NCBI RefSeq assembly: GCF_963921235.1
Contig: NC_086108.1
Coordinates: 7,688,001 to 7,752,000, forward strand
Direction of reading: 5' to 3'
From: Mobula hypostoma
Taxonomy: Eukaryota
Length of the DNA stretch: 64,000 nt
The notes under the pieces are model-generated. The model did not search any database, was not told where the DNA came from, and saw only the letters and a program-made list of their open reading frames with translations. Of this stretch, positions 51,150 to 64,000 are shown one piece after another (within the stretch, counting starts at the first letter, position 1; every line of letters starts with the position of its first letter). The translations under genes and the position numbers were made by a program.

Positions 51150-53645
51150 CGAGGAACGACTGCGTAGGCGCATGGATGCCAGTGAGTTAGACTGGCAGGA
51201 AGAGTTTAAAAAGAAGACAGGCGGGTGTTGGAGGAGCGGGCGATTGAGTAGGACAGCTTTGGCGATAACAGGTCGAGACCAGGTAAGTTACTTGTGAAGG
51301 ATACAAACAGGAAGTACGTTTGTATGTCTGTGAGGCTGGTGTTCTGTACTGGGTGACAGATGTGGGATATCCGGGAGACTCCCAGCCTCCTGGACGGCCA
51401 CATCTGCGCCAGGTGTGTTGAGCTGCAGCTCCTTAGGGACCAGGTTAGGGAACTGGAGTTGTAGCTCGATGACCTTTGTCTGGTCAGGGAAAGTGAGGAG
51501 GTGATAGAGAGGAGCTATAGGCAGGTAGTCACACCAGGGACTCAGGAGACAGATAGTGGCTAACAGTCAGGAGAGGGAAGGGTAAGAGTCAGAGACTAGA
51601 GAGTACCTCTATGGCTGTCCCCCTGAACAATAAGTACTCTTGTTTGAGTACTGTTGGGTGGGGGAGAAACAGCCTACCTGGGGGAAGCAACAGTGGCCGC
51701 ACCTCTGGCACAGAGTCTGGCCCTGTGGCTCAGAAGGGTAGGGAAAGGAAGAGGATGGCAGCAGTAATAGGGGACTCTACAGTTAGAGGTCAGACAGGCC
51801 ATTCTGTGGACGCAGGGAAAAAACACAGATGGTAGTTTGCCTCCCAGGTGCCAGGGTCCAGGATGTTTCTGATCGCGTTCAAGATGTCCTGAAGTGGGAA
51901 GGTGAACAGCTAGAGGTCATGGTACATATTGGTACCAACGACATAGGTACGTAAAGGGAGGAGGTCCTGAAAACCGACTACAGGAAGTTAGGAAGGAAGT
52001 TGAGAAGCAGGAACTCAAAGCTAGTAATCTCGGGATTATTGCCTGTGCCACGTGACAGTGAGTATAGGAATAGAGTGAGATGGAGGATAAATGCGTGGCT
52101 GAGGGATTGGAGCAGAGGGCAGGGATTTAGATTTATGGATCATTGGGACCTCTTTTGGGGCAGGAGTGACCTGTACGGGTTGCACTTGAATCCCAGGGGG
52201 ACCAATATCCCAGCAGAGAGGTTTGCTAAGGCTACCGGGGAGAGTTTAAACTAGAATCGCTAGAGGGTGGGAACAGAACTGAAGAGACGGAAGAAGGGGT
52301 GGTTGGCTCACAAATCGAGAAAGCTTGTAGACAGTGTGAGAGGGAGAATAGACAGGTGATAAAGAAGGGATACGCTCAGACTGATGGTTTGAGGTGTGTC
52401 AATTTTAATGCAAGGAGTATCATGAACAAAGCGGATGAGCTTAGAGCATGGATCAGTACTTGGAGCAATGACATTGTGGCCATTACAGAGACTTGGATGG
52501 CTCAGGGCAGGAATGGCTACTTAGAGTGCCAGGCTTCAGATGTTTCAAAAAGGACAGAGAGGAAGACAAAAGATGAATTATGAAAGGAAGCTGGCAACTA
52601 ATATCAAAGAAGATACTAAAAGCTTTTTTAAGTATATAAAGGGTAAAAGAGAGTTGAAGGTAGATATACGACCAATAGAAAATGACGCTGGAGATATTGT
52701 AATGAGAGACACAGAGAAGGCAGAGGAACTGAATGCGTATTTTGTATCAGTCTTCACAGTGGAAGACACCTGCAGTATACCGGACATTCAAGAGTGTCAG
52801 GGAAGTGAAATATGTGCAGTGAAAATTACAACTGAAAAGGTGCTCAGGAAGCTTAATGGTCTGAGGGTGGATAAATCTCCTGGACCTGATGGAATGCACC
52901 CTCGGGTTCTGAAGGAAGTAGCTGGAGAGATTGCAGAGGTATTAACAATGATCTTTCAAGAATCAATAGATTCTGGCATTGTACCGGATGACTGGAAAAT
53001 TGCAAATGTTACTCCACTATTTAAGAACAGTGGGAGGCAGCAGAAAGGAAACTATAGCCTGACACCAGTGGTTGGGAAGTTGGTGGAATTGATTGTTAGG
53101 GGTGAGATTATGGAATACCTGGAGGCGCATGACAAGATAGGCCAAAGCCAGCATGGTTTCCTGAAAGGAAAATCCTGCCTGACTAACCTACTGCAATTTT
53201 TTGAGGAAATTGCAAGCAGGGTAGACAAAGGAGATGTAGTACATGTGCTGTACTTGGATTTTCAGAAAGCCTTTGACAAGGTGCTGCACATGAGGCTGCT
53301 TAGAAAAATAAGAGCCCATGGAATTACTAGCATTGATGGAACATTGGCTGATCGGCAGAACACAGAGTGGGAATAAAGGAATCCTATTCTGGCTGGCTGC
53401 CGGTTACCAGTGGAGTCCACAGGGGTCGGTGTTGGGACCGCTGCTTTTTATGATGTATGTCAATGATTTGGACCGTGGGATTAATGGATTTGTGGCTAAA
53501 TTTGCTGATAATACAAAGATAGGTGGAGGAGCAGGTAGTATTGAGGAAATAGGGAGCCTGCAGAGAGACTTAGATAGTTTAGGGGAATGGGCAAAGTGGC
53601 AAATGAAATACAATGTTGGAAAGTGTATGGTCATGCACTTTGGTC
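51150..53645 (+). mobile_element. CR1 with 5' UTR and decayed ORF1 (Zn-finger/zipper plus SGNH esterase); ORF2 endonuclease mostly deleted
   Basis: ORF1 from ATG 51324: FCTG*...HICARCVELQLL, VIGDSTVRG, CLPGARV, HIGTND. ORF2 start NARSIMNKADEL...AITETW jumps near 52570 to KMNYERKLA; RT runs to FADN. Confidence 0.88.
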
Positions 53646-54398
53646 ATAACAATTTCTGTTAACTGGATTATAAATGTGATGGATTTTTCTGAGATGCCAT
53701 CCTTTCTTCTATTCATTGAATCCACTGAATCTCTGCTTTACGTCTCAGCTCCTTATTTAGTTTCAAATGCTCTGCATTTTTGTTTAAACTTTAAAAATAA
53801 ACAATTGTGAAGAATCAATGAATCAAAATTTCTTACTCATTCCTGAACTCCTTAAAAAAAAACACAGGGATCGAAAAGTATTAAGATCCAGCACTGTAAG
53901 TGGGAGCTTTGACAGCTGGCATGGACTTGGTGCATGAAATGGCTACTGCTGTACTTCCCCATGATGGAGTTAAAACAAAGATGAGGTATAAAGGCTCCAG
54001 AGCTGAATGGGTTCCCTCTGTATATTTTGTTCCTTATGTGCCATGTCATATGATACAAGTGATCATGGTCTTATCCATGATTGCTCCTGGTAAAAAATTT
54101 TTTCTACAGAAGTGGTTTGCCATTGCAATCTTCTGGGCAATGCCTTTACAAGTCGGGTGATCCTTGTAGGTGACCTGATAGAGGTGTACAAGATGATGAG
54201 AGGCACTGATCGTGTAGATAGTCAGAGGCTTTTTCCCAGGGCTGAAATGGTTGCCACAAGAGAACATACATTTAAGGTGCTGGGGAGTAGGTACAGAGGA
54301 GATATCAGGGTTAAGTTTTTTTTACACAGAGAGTGGTGAATGCATGGAATGGGCTGCCAGCAACGGCAGTAGAGGCGGATACGATAGGGTCTTTTAAG

Positions 54399-55641
54399 GG
54401 TCAGGCCACACTTAGTCCCCTCCAGTTCACCTACCAGCCCTGACTAGGAGTTCAGGATGCCATCGTCTTCCTGCTGAACTGTGTCTACGCCCACCTGGAC
54501 AAGCCAGCGAGCACTGTGAGGGTCATGTTTTTTGACTTCCCCAGTGCGTTCAACACCATCCGCCCTGCTCTACAGGGGGAGAAGCTGACAGCGATGCAGG
54601 TGGATGCTTCCCTGGTATCATGGATTCTTGATTACCTGACTGGCAGACCACAGTACGTGTGCTTACAACACTGTGTGTCCGACAGAGTGATCAGCAGCAC
54701 TGGGGCTCCACAGGGGACTGTCTTGTCTCCCTTTCTCTTCACCATTTACACCTCGGACTTCAACTACTGCACAGAGTCTTGTCCTCTTCAGAAGTTTTTG
54801 GATGACTCTGCCATAGTTGGATGCATCAGCAAGGGAGATGAGGCTGAGTACAGGGCTACGGTAGGAAACATTGTCACATGGTGTGAGCAGAATTATCTGC
54901 AGCTTAATGTAAAAAAGACTAAGGAGCTGGTGGTAGACCTGAGGAGAGCTAAGGTACCGGTGACCCCTGTTTCCATCCAGGGGGTCAGTGTGGACATGGT
55001 GGAGGATTACAAATACCTGTGGATACGAATTGACAATAAACTGGACTGGTCAAAGAACACTGAGGCTGTCTACAAGAAGGGTCAGAGCCGTCTCTATTTC
55101 CTGAGGAGACTGAGGTCCTTTAACATCTGCTGGACGATACTGAGGATGTTCTACGAGTCTGTGGTGGCCAGTGCGATCATATTTGCTGTTGTGTGCTGGG
55201 GCAGCAGGCTGAGGGTAGCAGACACCAACAGAATCAACAAACGCATTCGTAAGGCCAGTGACGTTGTGGGGATGGAACTGGACTCTCTGACGGTGGTGTC
55301 TGAAAAGAGGATGCTGTCTAAGTTGCATGCCATCTTGGTCAATGTCTCCCATCCACTACATAATGTACTGGGTGGGCACAGGAGTACATTCAGCCAGAGA
55401 CTCATTCCACCAAGATGCAGCACTGAGCATCATAGGAAGTCATTCCTGCCTGTGGCCAACTCCTCCTTTGGAGGGTCAGACATCCTGAGCCAATAGGCTG
55501 GTCCTGGATTTATTTCATAATTTACTGGCATAATTTACATATTACTATTTAACTATTTATGGTTCTATTACTTTTTATTATTTATGGAGCAACTGTAACA
55601 AAAACCAATTTCCCCCGGGATTAATAAATTATGACTATGAC
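54399..55641 (+). mobile_element. Young Rex1/Babar-like LINE nested in a CR1 3' fragment
   Basis: ORF 54516-55496 (326 aa RT C-half); (ATGACT)n tail; TAAG duplicated at 54395-54398 and 55642-55645. Confidence 0.92.
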
Positions 55642-56200
55642 TAAGAGACTTTTGGATCGGTACACGGAGCTTAGAAAACTAGAGGGCTATGGGTAATGTT
55701 TGGCACAACTTTGTGGGCCGAAGGGCCTGTATTATGCTGTAGGTTTCTACCCTCAACCTTTTTCAAGACTCTTTACAGATTGCCTCCCTGGCATCAGTGG
55801 TCGCATCACCAGGACTTGTGATCTGCACCAGCTGCTCATACGACCATCCACCACCTGCTCCCATGGCTTCACATGACCCTGATGGGGGGAGGTGGGTGGG
55901 GTCTAAGAAGGTGCTATACCTTGCCCAAGGGTGACCTGCAGGCTAGAAGAGGGAAGGATTGCCTTGCACTTCCTTTGGTAGGGACATATTTCCACCCTGC
56001 CACTCTTCTGTAAACTTATTACCCTATATTCCAGTCATACCAATAAACCTGCAAACCAGATATTTTTAAAACATGCACACCATCTTTGAAAACACCAGCT
56101 GGGAGTGCTGTGCTATTTCAGAGGCATGATGCTCCATATCAACAAACTATCTGCCTAACTTAGAATCAGAATCAGAACCAGGTTTAGTATCACTGGCATA

Positions 56201-56360
56201 ATAATAGGCATCCGTTAATCTCGTGAGACCATGGATTTGCGCCAGCAATGTGCGGTTAAGTGCCTTGCTCAAGGACACACACACTGCCTCAGCCAAGGCT
56301 CGAACTAGCGACCTTCAAATCACTAGACGAACGCCTTAACCACTTGGCCACGCGCCAACA
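56201..56360 (-). mobile_element. tRNA-derived SINE with intact A and B boxes
   Basis: Minus strand TGGCCAAGTGG...GTTCGAGCC, gtgtccttgagcaaggcacttaac body, (TAT)n tail; 13-bp TSD tatca[c/t]tggcata (56188-56200, 56363-56375). Confidence 0.85.
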
Positions 56361-57253
56361 TATATCATTGGCATATGTCATGAAATTTGTTAACTTTGTG
56401 GCAGCAGTACAATGCAATACATAATAATGAGAGAAGAACTGAATTATTGTAAATATATATATTTAAAATAGTTAAATAAATAGTGCCAAAAGAAAGGAAA
56501 TTAACAAAGTAGTGAGGTAGGGTTCATAGGTTCAATGTCCATTCAGAAATCGAATGGCACAGAGAAAGAAGCTGTTCCTGGATCTTTGAGGCTCCTGTAC
56601 CTCCTTCCTGATGGTAGCAATGAGAAGAGGGCATGACCTGGGTGATGGGGGTCCTTAATGATGGACGCTGCCTTTTTGAGACATTGCTCCTTAAAGACCT
56701 GGATACTATGGAGGCTGGTGCCCATGACGGAGCCAACTAATTTTACAACTCTGCAGCCTACTTCGATCCTGTGCAGTAGGAACCCGCCCCCCCATCCCCA
56801 TATGAGACAGTGATGCAGCCAGTTAGAATGCTTTCCACAGTACACCTGTAGAAATTTGCAAGTATCTTTGGTGACATGCCAAATATCCTCGAACTCCTAA
56901 ATGAAATGCAGCCGCTGTCATGTCTTCTTTATAGCTGCATCCATATGATGGCTGCAGGTTAGGTCCCCAGAGATACTGACACCCAGAAACTTGCAATTGC
57001 TCTATCTCTTGCTCTCTCTCTGACAAATGCTTCGAGCACTTCAACTATTCCTTTGATATAGCGTGGTAAATTTCGTGTGATGCATTTTGAAGAATCAGTC
57101 AGTGCTTTTCAATTACATCAATATAACAGCTGCAGCTACTTTATGCAAAAAAAAATAATGTATACAAGAAACAGCTGTCAGACATTGAGTTCATATATTC
57201 TCAGAACAACACCTCTTTTACATACATCCAGTAAAACAGCCAATTCACAACAC

Positions 57254-58502
57254 CACGCAAACACAAGGAAATCTGCAGATGCTGGAAATTCAAGCAACAC
57301 ACACAAAAAATGCTGGTGAACGCAGCAGGCCAGGCAGCATCTCTAGGAAGAGGTACAGTCGACGTTTCCGGCTGAGAACCTTCGTCAGGTCTAACTGAAA
57401 GCAGAGCTAGTAAGAGATTTGAAAGTGGGAGGGGGAGGAGGAGATCCAAAATGATAGGAGAAGACAGGAGGGGGAGGGATGGAGCCAAGAGCTGGAAAGT
57501 TGATTGGCAAAAGGGATATGAGAGGATCATGGGACAGCAAGCCCAGGGAGAAAGAAAGGAGGAGGGGAGCCCAGAGGATGGAGAGCAGGCAAGGAGTTAT
57601 AGTGAGAGGGACAGAGGGAGAAAAAAAAGAGACGGGGGGGGGGGGGAGGAGAATAATAAATAAATAAATAAATAAGGGATGGGTTACAAAGGACATAGTC
57701 CTGACAAATTATCTCCCTCCTGGCACTTATCCTTGTAAGGGGAACAAGTACTACACATGACTTTACACTTCCTCCCTCCCACCGTTCAGGACCTCAGACA
57801 GTCCTTCCAGGTGAGGCGACACTTCACCTGTGAGTTGGCTGGTGTGATATACTGAGTCCAGTGCTTCCGGTGTGGCCTTCTATATATTGGCGAGACCCGA
57901 CGCAGACGCTCTGTCCGCCAGAGAAAGCAGGATCTTCCAGTGGTCACACATTTTAATTCCATGTCCCATTCCCATTCTGATATGTCTATCCACGGCCTCC
58001 TCTACTGTAAAGATGAAGCCACACTCAGGTTGGAGGAACAACACCTTATATTCCGTCTGGGTAGCCTCCAACCTGATGGCATGAACATTGACTTCTCAAA
58101 CTTCCGCTAATGCCCCACCTCCCCCTCGTACCCCATCCCTTATTTATTTATATATTCCCCCTCCCCTTTTCTCTCTCTTTTTCTCCCTCTGTCCCTCTCA
58201 CTATAACTCCTTGCCTATTCTCCATCTTCTGGGCTCCCCTCCCCCTTTCTTTCTGCCTAGGCCTCCCGTTCCATGATCCTCTCCCTTCTCCAGCCTTGTA
58301 TCCCTTTTGCCAACCTTTTGCCAATCACCTGTCCAGTTCTTGGCTCCCTCCCTCCCCCTCCTGTCTTCTCCTATCATTTCAGATCTCCATCTCCCCTCTT
58401 AAATCTCTTACCATCTCTTCCTTCAGTTAGTCCTGACAAAGGGTCTTGGCCCGAAACGTCGACCAAGCCTCTTCCTATGGATGCTGCCTGGCCTGCTGCG
58501 TT
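57254..58502. mobile_element. Penelope-like insertion made of two inverted 5'-truncated parts
   Basis: Minus-oriented 3' end (57254 to about 57693) joined to plus-oriented GIY-YIG and 3' end (about 57711-58502); 13-bp TSD caatt[c/a]acaacac (57241-57253, 58503-58515); hammerhead motifs at 57357-57392(-) and 58429-58464(+). Confidence 0.88.
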
Positions 58503-59529
58503 CAATTAACAACACTTTCAGTGTTGGCCAATTAACACTTCTCAGCGGATGAAAGCCCCACAGAAGGACTGAGTTCGAGTTGTCACTCTCCTCGATGCTG
58601 ACGGGAAGATGTTTTCGAAATTCCAAGACGTGATTATTGGTGTGGACTGTAGCTTATATTGGTCTCCTTCAGTTTTTTTCTGTTTTCATTCTTGCTGCCG
58701 ATGGTGGGAGGGTGACATGTTATTTTATTTGGGTGAGTGAGGGAGGGGTTGGGTGTTTCACGTTTTTATTGCTGTTTTTGTATAGGAGCAGCCTGGGGAT
58801 TAGGGGTCTGATATCTTAGCTGCTGTGTCCCGGTGGACGATCTGTTAGTTTTTGTGCAAGGAAGAGGTTGGAGTGGGGGGGAAATTAGGGGTTTGATGTT
58901 TTAGCTGCCGTATCCTGGTGGGCGATCTGTTAGTTTTTAATGTGAGTTTGTTTCTTTTGCTTTTTCATGTGCGGGGGGGGGGGTGCTGCGCAACAATTTC
59001 CATGGGTTTTCTGTCTTTTATGGCTATCTGGAGAAGACAAATCCCAGAGTTGTATTCTGTGTACATACTTTGATAATAAAGATAACCTTGAACTTCTTTT
59101 CTTTGAACCATTTCTGTTCACTTAGGCGAAAGGTTCTGAGCTAAAATACAAAGGTTTAAGCACAAGAGTTTCTGCAGTTACTGGAAACTTCTATCAACAC
59201 ACACACACACACACAGGAGGAACAAAAGGTAGTGGGTACAGCCAAGTCCATCATGGGTAAAGCCCTCCCCACCATTGAGCACATCTACATGAAGCGCTGT
59301 TACAGGAAAGCAGCATCTTTATCAAAGACCCCACCATACAGGCCATGCCCTCTTCTTGTTGCCATCAGGAAGGAGGTACAGGAACCTTAGGAACCACACC
59401 TCCAGGTTCAGGAGCAGTTATTATACCTCAACCATCAGGTTCTTGAACAGAGGGGATAACAACTCACCCCACAACCAATGGACTCACTTTCAAGGACTCT
59501 TCAGCTCATACAGTTATTGAGCCTTAGAA

Positions 59530-61000
59530 AAGTGCAGCATAAAAACAGGCCCACTAAACTGCTGAATCCCATCGACCTGCACCCAGACCTAGCCCTCCAT
59601 ACCCCCACCATCCATGTACCTATGCGAACTTCTCTTAAACACTGAAATTGAGCTCACATGAGCCACTTGCATTTGTAGCTCGTCCATACTCTCACCACCT
59701 TCTGAGTGAAGAAGTTTCCCCTCATGTTTCCCTCAAACTGTTCACCTTTCACCTTTAACCTATGACCTCTAATTGAAGTCCCAACTAACATCAGTGGAAA
59801 AGGCCTGCTTGCAAATACCCTATCTATAGGTCTCATAATTTTGTATATCGCTATCAAATCTCTTTTTAATCTTCTATGATCCAAGGAATATAGCCCTAGC
59901 CTATTCAATCTTTCCTTACAAGTCAAGTCCTCCAGACCCAGCATCATTCTTGTAAATTTTATCTGTACTCTTTCAACAATATTTACATCTTTCCTGCGCA
60001 CATTAATGGTGATTAGGACTCAGCAATTACCATTAATGTGCACAGGAAAGATGTAAATAATAACATAACATCCCATCTCCTGTACTCAGTACTTCTATTT
60101 ATGAAGGTCAGTGTGCCAAAAGCTTTCTTTACAACCCTATCAACCTGAGCCACCACTTTCAATGATTTAGGGACCTGTATCCCAGATCCCTTTGTTTTAC
60201 CACACTCCTTAGTGCCCTACCGTTCACTGTGTAAGACCTACTCTGGTGGAACCTACCCACGCGCAACATCTCACACTTGCCTGCATTAAGTTTCATCTGC
60301 TGTTTATCAGCCAATTTTTCCAGCTGGTCCAGATCCTGCGGAAAGCTGTATCCACTACATTCCCAATCCTGGTGTCATCTGCAAATTTGCTGATGCAATT
60401 ACCCAGATCATTGATATAGATGGACCCAGCACCGATCCCTGCAGCACTCCGCTTGACCTTCCTCCAATGCGGGGCCTTGGCAAATGCCTTGCTGAAGTCC
60501 ACATAGACAACATCCACTGTTTTGCCTTCATCAACTTTCGTAGTAACTTCCTCAGAAAAACCCTGTAAGTTTGGTTAGACATGACCTACCAGGCACAAAG
60601 CCATGCTGACTAACCTTCATCAGTCCATGTCTATCCAAATACTTTTATATCCAGTCCTTTAGAATATCTTCCAATAATTTTCCCACTACTGATGTCAGGC
60701 TCACCAGACTATAATTTCCTGGCTTATTTTTAGAGCCTTTCTTAAACAGCGGAACAACATTGGCTATCTTCCAATCCTCTGTTACCTCTCCTGTCGCAAA
60801 GGATGATTTAACTATCTCTGCTAGGGCCACTTGCTTCTGCAGGGTCCAAGGGAACACCTTGTCAGGCCCTGCAATTTATCCACCATAATTTTATTCAAGA
60901 CAGCAAATACCTCCTCCTCTGTAATCTACACAGGGTCCATGAAGTTAATGTCATTTTATCTCACTTATATAGACCATCTCCTGAGTAAAGTCAGATGCAA
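59530..61000 (-). mobile_element. Degenerate CR1
   Basis: ORFs 60645-60857, 60293-60517 and 59654-60001 carry CR1 RT motifs. Confidence 0.85.
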
Positions 61001-61303
61001 AAAATACAATCACATTCACAATATTTATTTGTTTCCTTGTGTTTACTGTAAATGTCCACAAGAAAATAAATAAATTATATATATACTTTGAACTCAGCAG
61101 ATCAGGCAACACATATGGAGAGGAATAAACAGTCCAAATCTGTGCTCCCTCCCTGGAACAGCCAGTTGTTTAGTTCCTGACACCCTGTGCAATATAGCAC
61201 AAACTATTCCCCTCCCCCCAATCCCTAGTCCTGATTTCTACATGGCAAGACTGTTTCTAAGCCACTGACCCTGGCCCCCACACAACTCCCAGAGTCATAT
61301 ATA

Positions 61304-61917
61304 CACTCAGTGGCCACTGTTATGAGGTACACCAGCTCAATAATGCAAATTTCTAATCAGCCAATCATGTGGCAGCAACTCAATGCATAAAAGCATGCAG
61401 GTATGGTCAAGAGGTTCAGTTGTTGTTCAGATCAAACATCAGAATGGGGAAGAAATGTGATCTAAATGACTTTGACTGTGGAATAATTGCTGGTGCCAGA
61501 CGGGGTGGTTTGAGTATCTCAGAAACTACTGATCTCCCGGGATTTTCATGTACAAAAGTCTCTAAAGCAGAGATTCAGACCCTGGGGTCCACAGACCTCT
61601 AGGTTAATTGTAGAAGTCCACGGCATAAAGAAGGTTGACACCCCTTGCTCCAGAGTTTAGAGAGAGTGGTGTGAAAAGCAAAAAGCATTTCAGTGAGCGA
61701 CGATTCTGTGGATGAAAATGCCTTGTTAACAAGACAGGTCAGAGGAGAACGGCAGACTAGCTCAAGCTGACAGTAACTCAAGTAACCACACGTTACAATA
61801 GTGGTGTGCAGAAGAGAATCTCCTAATGCACTACACGTCAAACCTTGAAGTGGACGGGCTACAGCAGAAGAGCACACCGGGTCCCATTCCTGTACCTAAT
61901 GAAGTGGCCACTGAGTA
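61304..61917 (+). mobile_element. Non-autonomous Tc1-like element with both TIRs, containing a small hAT-like MITE (about 61568-61647)
   Basis: TA|CACTCAGTGGCCAC...GTGGCCACTGAGTA|TA; MGKKCDLNDFDCGIIAGARRGGLSISET HTH; inner insert flanked by ctctaaag/ctccagag. Confidence 0.82.
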
Positions 61918-62364
61918 TAATGAGAGGCATAGAGTCACAGAAAAATACAGCAGAGAAATAGGCCCTTCAGCCCATCTAATCTGTGCCAAACCATTTAAGC
62001 TGCCTAGTCCAATAACCTGCACCTACACTGTATCCATCCATATCCCTGCCATCGTAATTTTGAATACTTCTATCAAACCTCCTCTCAATCTTCAATGTTT
62101 CAAGGACTAGAGTCTATCTTTCCTTACAACTCAGGTCCTGCAGACCCAGCAACATCCTTGTAAATTTTCTGTATTCTTTCAACCTCATTTACATCTTTCC
62201 TGTAGGTAGGTAACCAAAACTGCACACAATACTCCAAATTAGGCCTCACCAACAACTTATACAACTTCAACATAACATCTCACCTTCAGTATTCAACACT
62301 TTTGATTTATGAAGGCCAACGTGACAAAGCTTTCTGTTTGCCATCTACCTGCAACACCACTTCC

Positions 62365-64000
62365 TTTTTTTTAAATTTTATTTTTGTTTGGATAAGGAAT
62401 TCACAAGTATCATGTACTTTTTTCACATGTATAACCTTTTCCATTTTTTTATATATATAAAACTATAATTATTTATACATTCTTAAGTACACATTGAGAT
62501 GATATAAAGAGAAATTAGACACTTAAAGAGATAATTATGTACAGTGGAAATTCTAATCTATTAGGCTAAGTAATGGTATTAATTGTTAAGAAAAATAGTA
62601 ATAATCGTGGATTAGTAGTAGTTTCCATATATCTCTTCTGGATCATTTCTTCTGGTCCAAAATGTTGTATGTAAGCCTATGTAACAACCATTGTAGGTGT
62701 TTATATCCTAACTTGTTCATGCTTGCTCCTGCCCGCAGACATAATTATCCAATCCCTATGTAATTACTTACTTAATTTTATCATTTTTTATCCCTTACCC
62801 AAATCTTTTCCTTTACTAATTCTCTATTTTCCAAAAAAAAACAAAAACAGTAAACATTTAGACAGGGGTGCTTACGTTAGCAATATTACTGTGTTGATGA
62901 GAAGAGCAGTATAAATCATTAGGAGAGTCATCTAAAAGTCTGCTCGCATTGGGGTTATATATTCAATCCATTTATTCCAGATTTGATAAAATTTTTCTTT
63001 TTGAATTCTCAGGGAGTAAGTCAACTTTCCCATTTTAAATATTTCCAAGATAATTTCGTGCCAATCTTCTAATGTAGGTGGTATTGGATTTAGCCACTTT
63101 CTAGTGATTGATTTCTTACTTGCCGCTAAAAGGGCCTGCAGCAACTTTATATCTTCCTTCTGTTCAAGAAACAATACATGCCCCAAATAGAGCGTCTCAA
63201 AGTTCAGAGGTATCTGGGTCCTAAGTACCTTAACTAATGTTCTATGAATACCTTCCCAATATAGACTTAATTTAGGACAATTCCAGAAAATATGGAAATG
63301 ATTTGCCTCCTTGCAGCCGCACCTTCTCCAACACGCCACGTTTGTATCTTTATATTTTTCCTGATATGGGGTCTTGAAGTATCTTATAATATTTTTCCAA
63401 CAATGTTCTCTCCAAGTCAATGAATTAGTCAAAGACCACTGAAAGCTGCATATTTTCCCCCAAGCCTCCTCTGAAAGTACCAACCCCACTTCTTTCTCCC
63501 ACTTCTCTTTAACATACAATGTGTTTTTCATTTTTAGCATGGGAGAGTGCATTATATAATCGAGAAACTGATTTACTAGGTATTGAATCGCAAGACGAAT
63601 TAAGAATCTTGAAAAATTCTAATTCTACTGTTGATAGGTCTGTATATCTACAACTCTGGTTAACATAATTTCGTACTTGAAGGTACCTAAAAAAGTCATT
63701 GTGTTCTAGGCCATGTTTGTCCTGCAGGATTTGGAAACTTTGTAATATTCTTTTATGTATAAATGAGAGGTAGGTTCTAAGACCTTTCTTTATCCATAGT
63801 TCAAATCTTTTATCTCCTCTGTTGGGAAGGAATTCGGTATCATATGCACACCATCTGAAGAGTTTTAACATGTTATTAATTCCACATGAATTAACCACCT
63901 TCTGCCATATTTTTAATGTAAGATTTATCCAACTGTTTTTAAATTTTTCCAATTGGGCCATCAATCCTTTGTCAGCTATTGAGGCCTGTAGAGGAAAACT
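62365..64000 (-). mobile_element. L1-clade LINE ORF2 C-terminus, 3' UTR and poly(A), running off the window
   Basis: ORFs 63509-63964 and 62932-63552 (one frameshift) with CWRRCG...HFHIFWNC cysteine-rich motif; AATAAA followed by an A8 tail on the minus strand. Confidence 0.88.

Noticed and set aside
55840..55920. HDV-like ribozyme suggested by cacctgct...ctaag.aggtg pairing in an RTE-related SINE
   Set aside because: P1, P3 and L3 could not be assigned in the required order.
56280..56360. tRNA gene
   Set aside because: The tRNA-like head continues into a SINE body and tail with a TSD, so it is a SINE.

Overview
Vertebrate nuclear DNA, most likely from a cartilaginous fish (ray-like repeat landscape; inferred). 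The window lies inside one minus-strand host gene, SAE1 (SUMO-activating enzyme subunit 1). Only two coding exons are visible (12306-12164 and 8446-8347), so the upstream intron appears to exceed 51 kb. Most of the rest is decayed, often nested transposable elements: CR1, Rex1/Babar-like, RTE/RTEX and L1 LINEs, Penelope-like elements (PLEs), tRNA-SINEs, Tc1/mariner, Tigger, a Chapaev3-like relic, MITEs and a solo LTR. Nearly all long ORFs are TE remnants. The most notable unannotated signal is a minimal type-I hammerhead ribozyme (AGTC-CTGANGA-stem II-GAAACGTC-GACT) in the PLE 3' terminal repeat. It occurs in about 8 intact or decayed copies, including short fold-back insertions whose inversion junctions sit at the ribozyme's 5' edge. 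Other signals are a candidate poison exon or conserved island in the SAE1 intron, inverted repeats bracketing both SAE1 exons, and several fold-back or template-switch scars. Family names come from motif recognition, not database searches, and boundaries of old elements are approximate.
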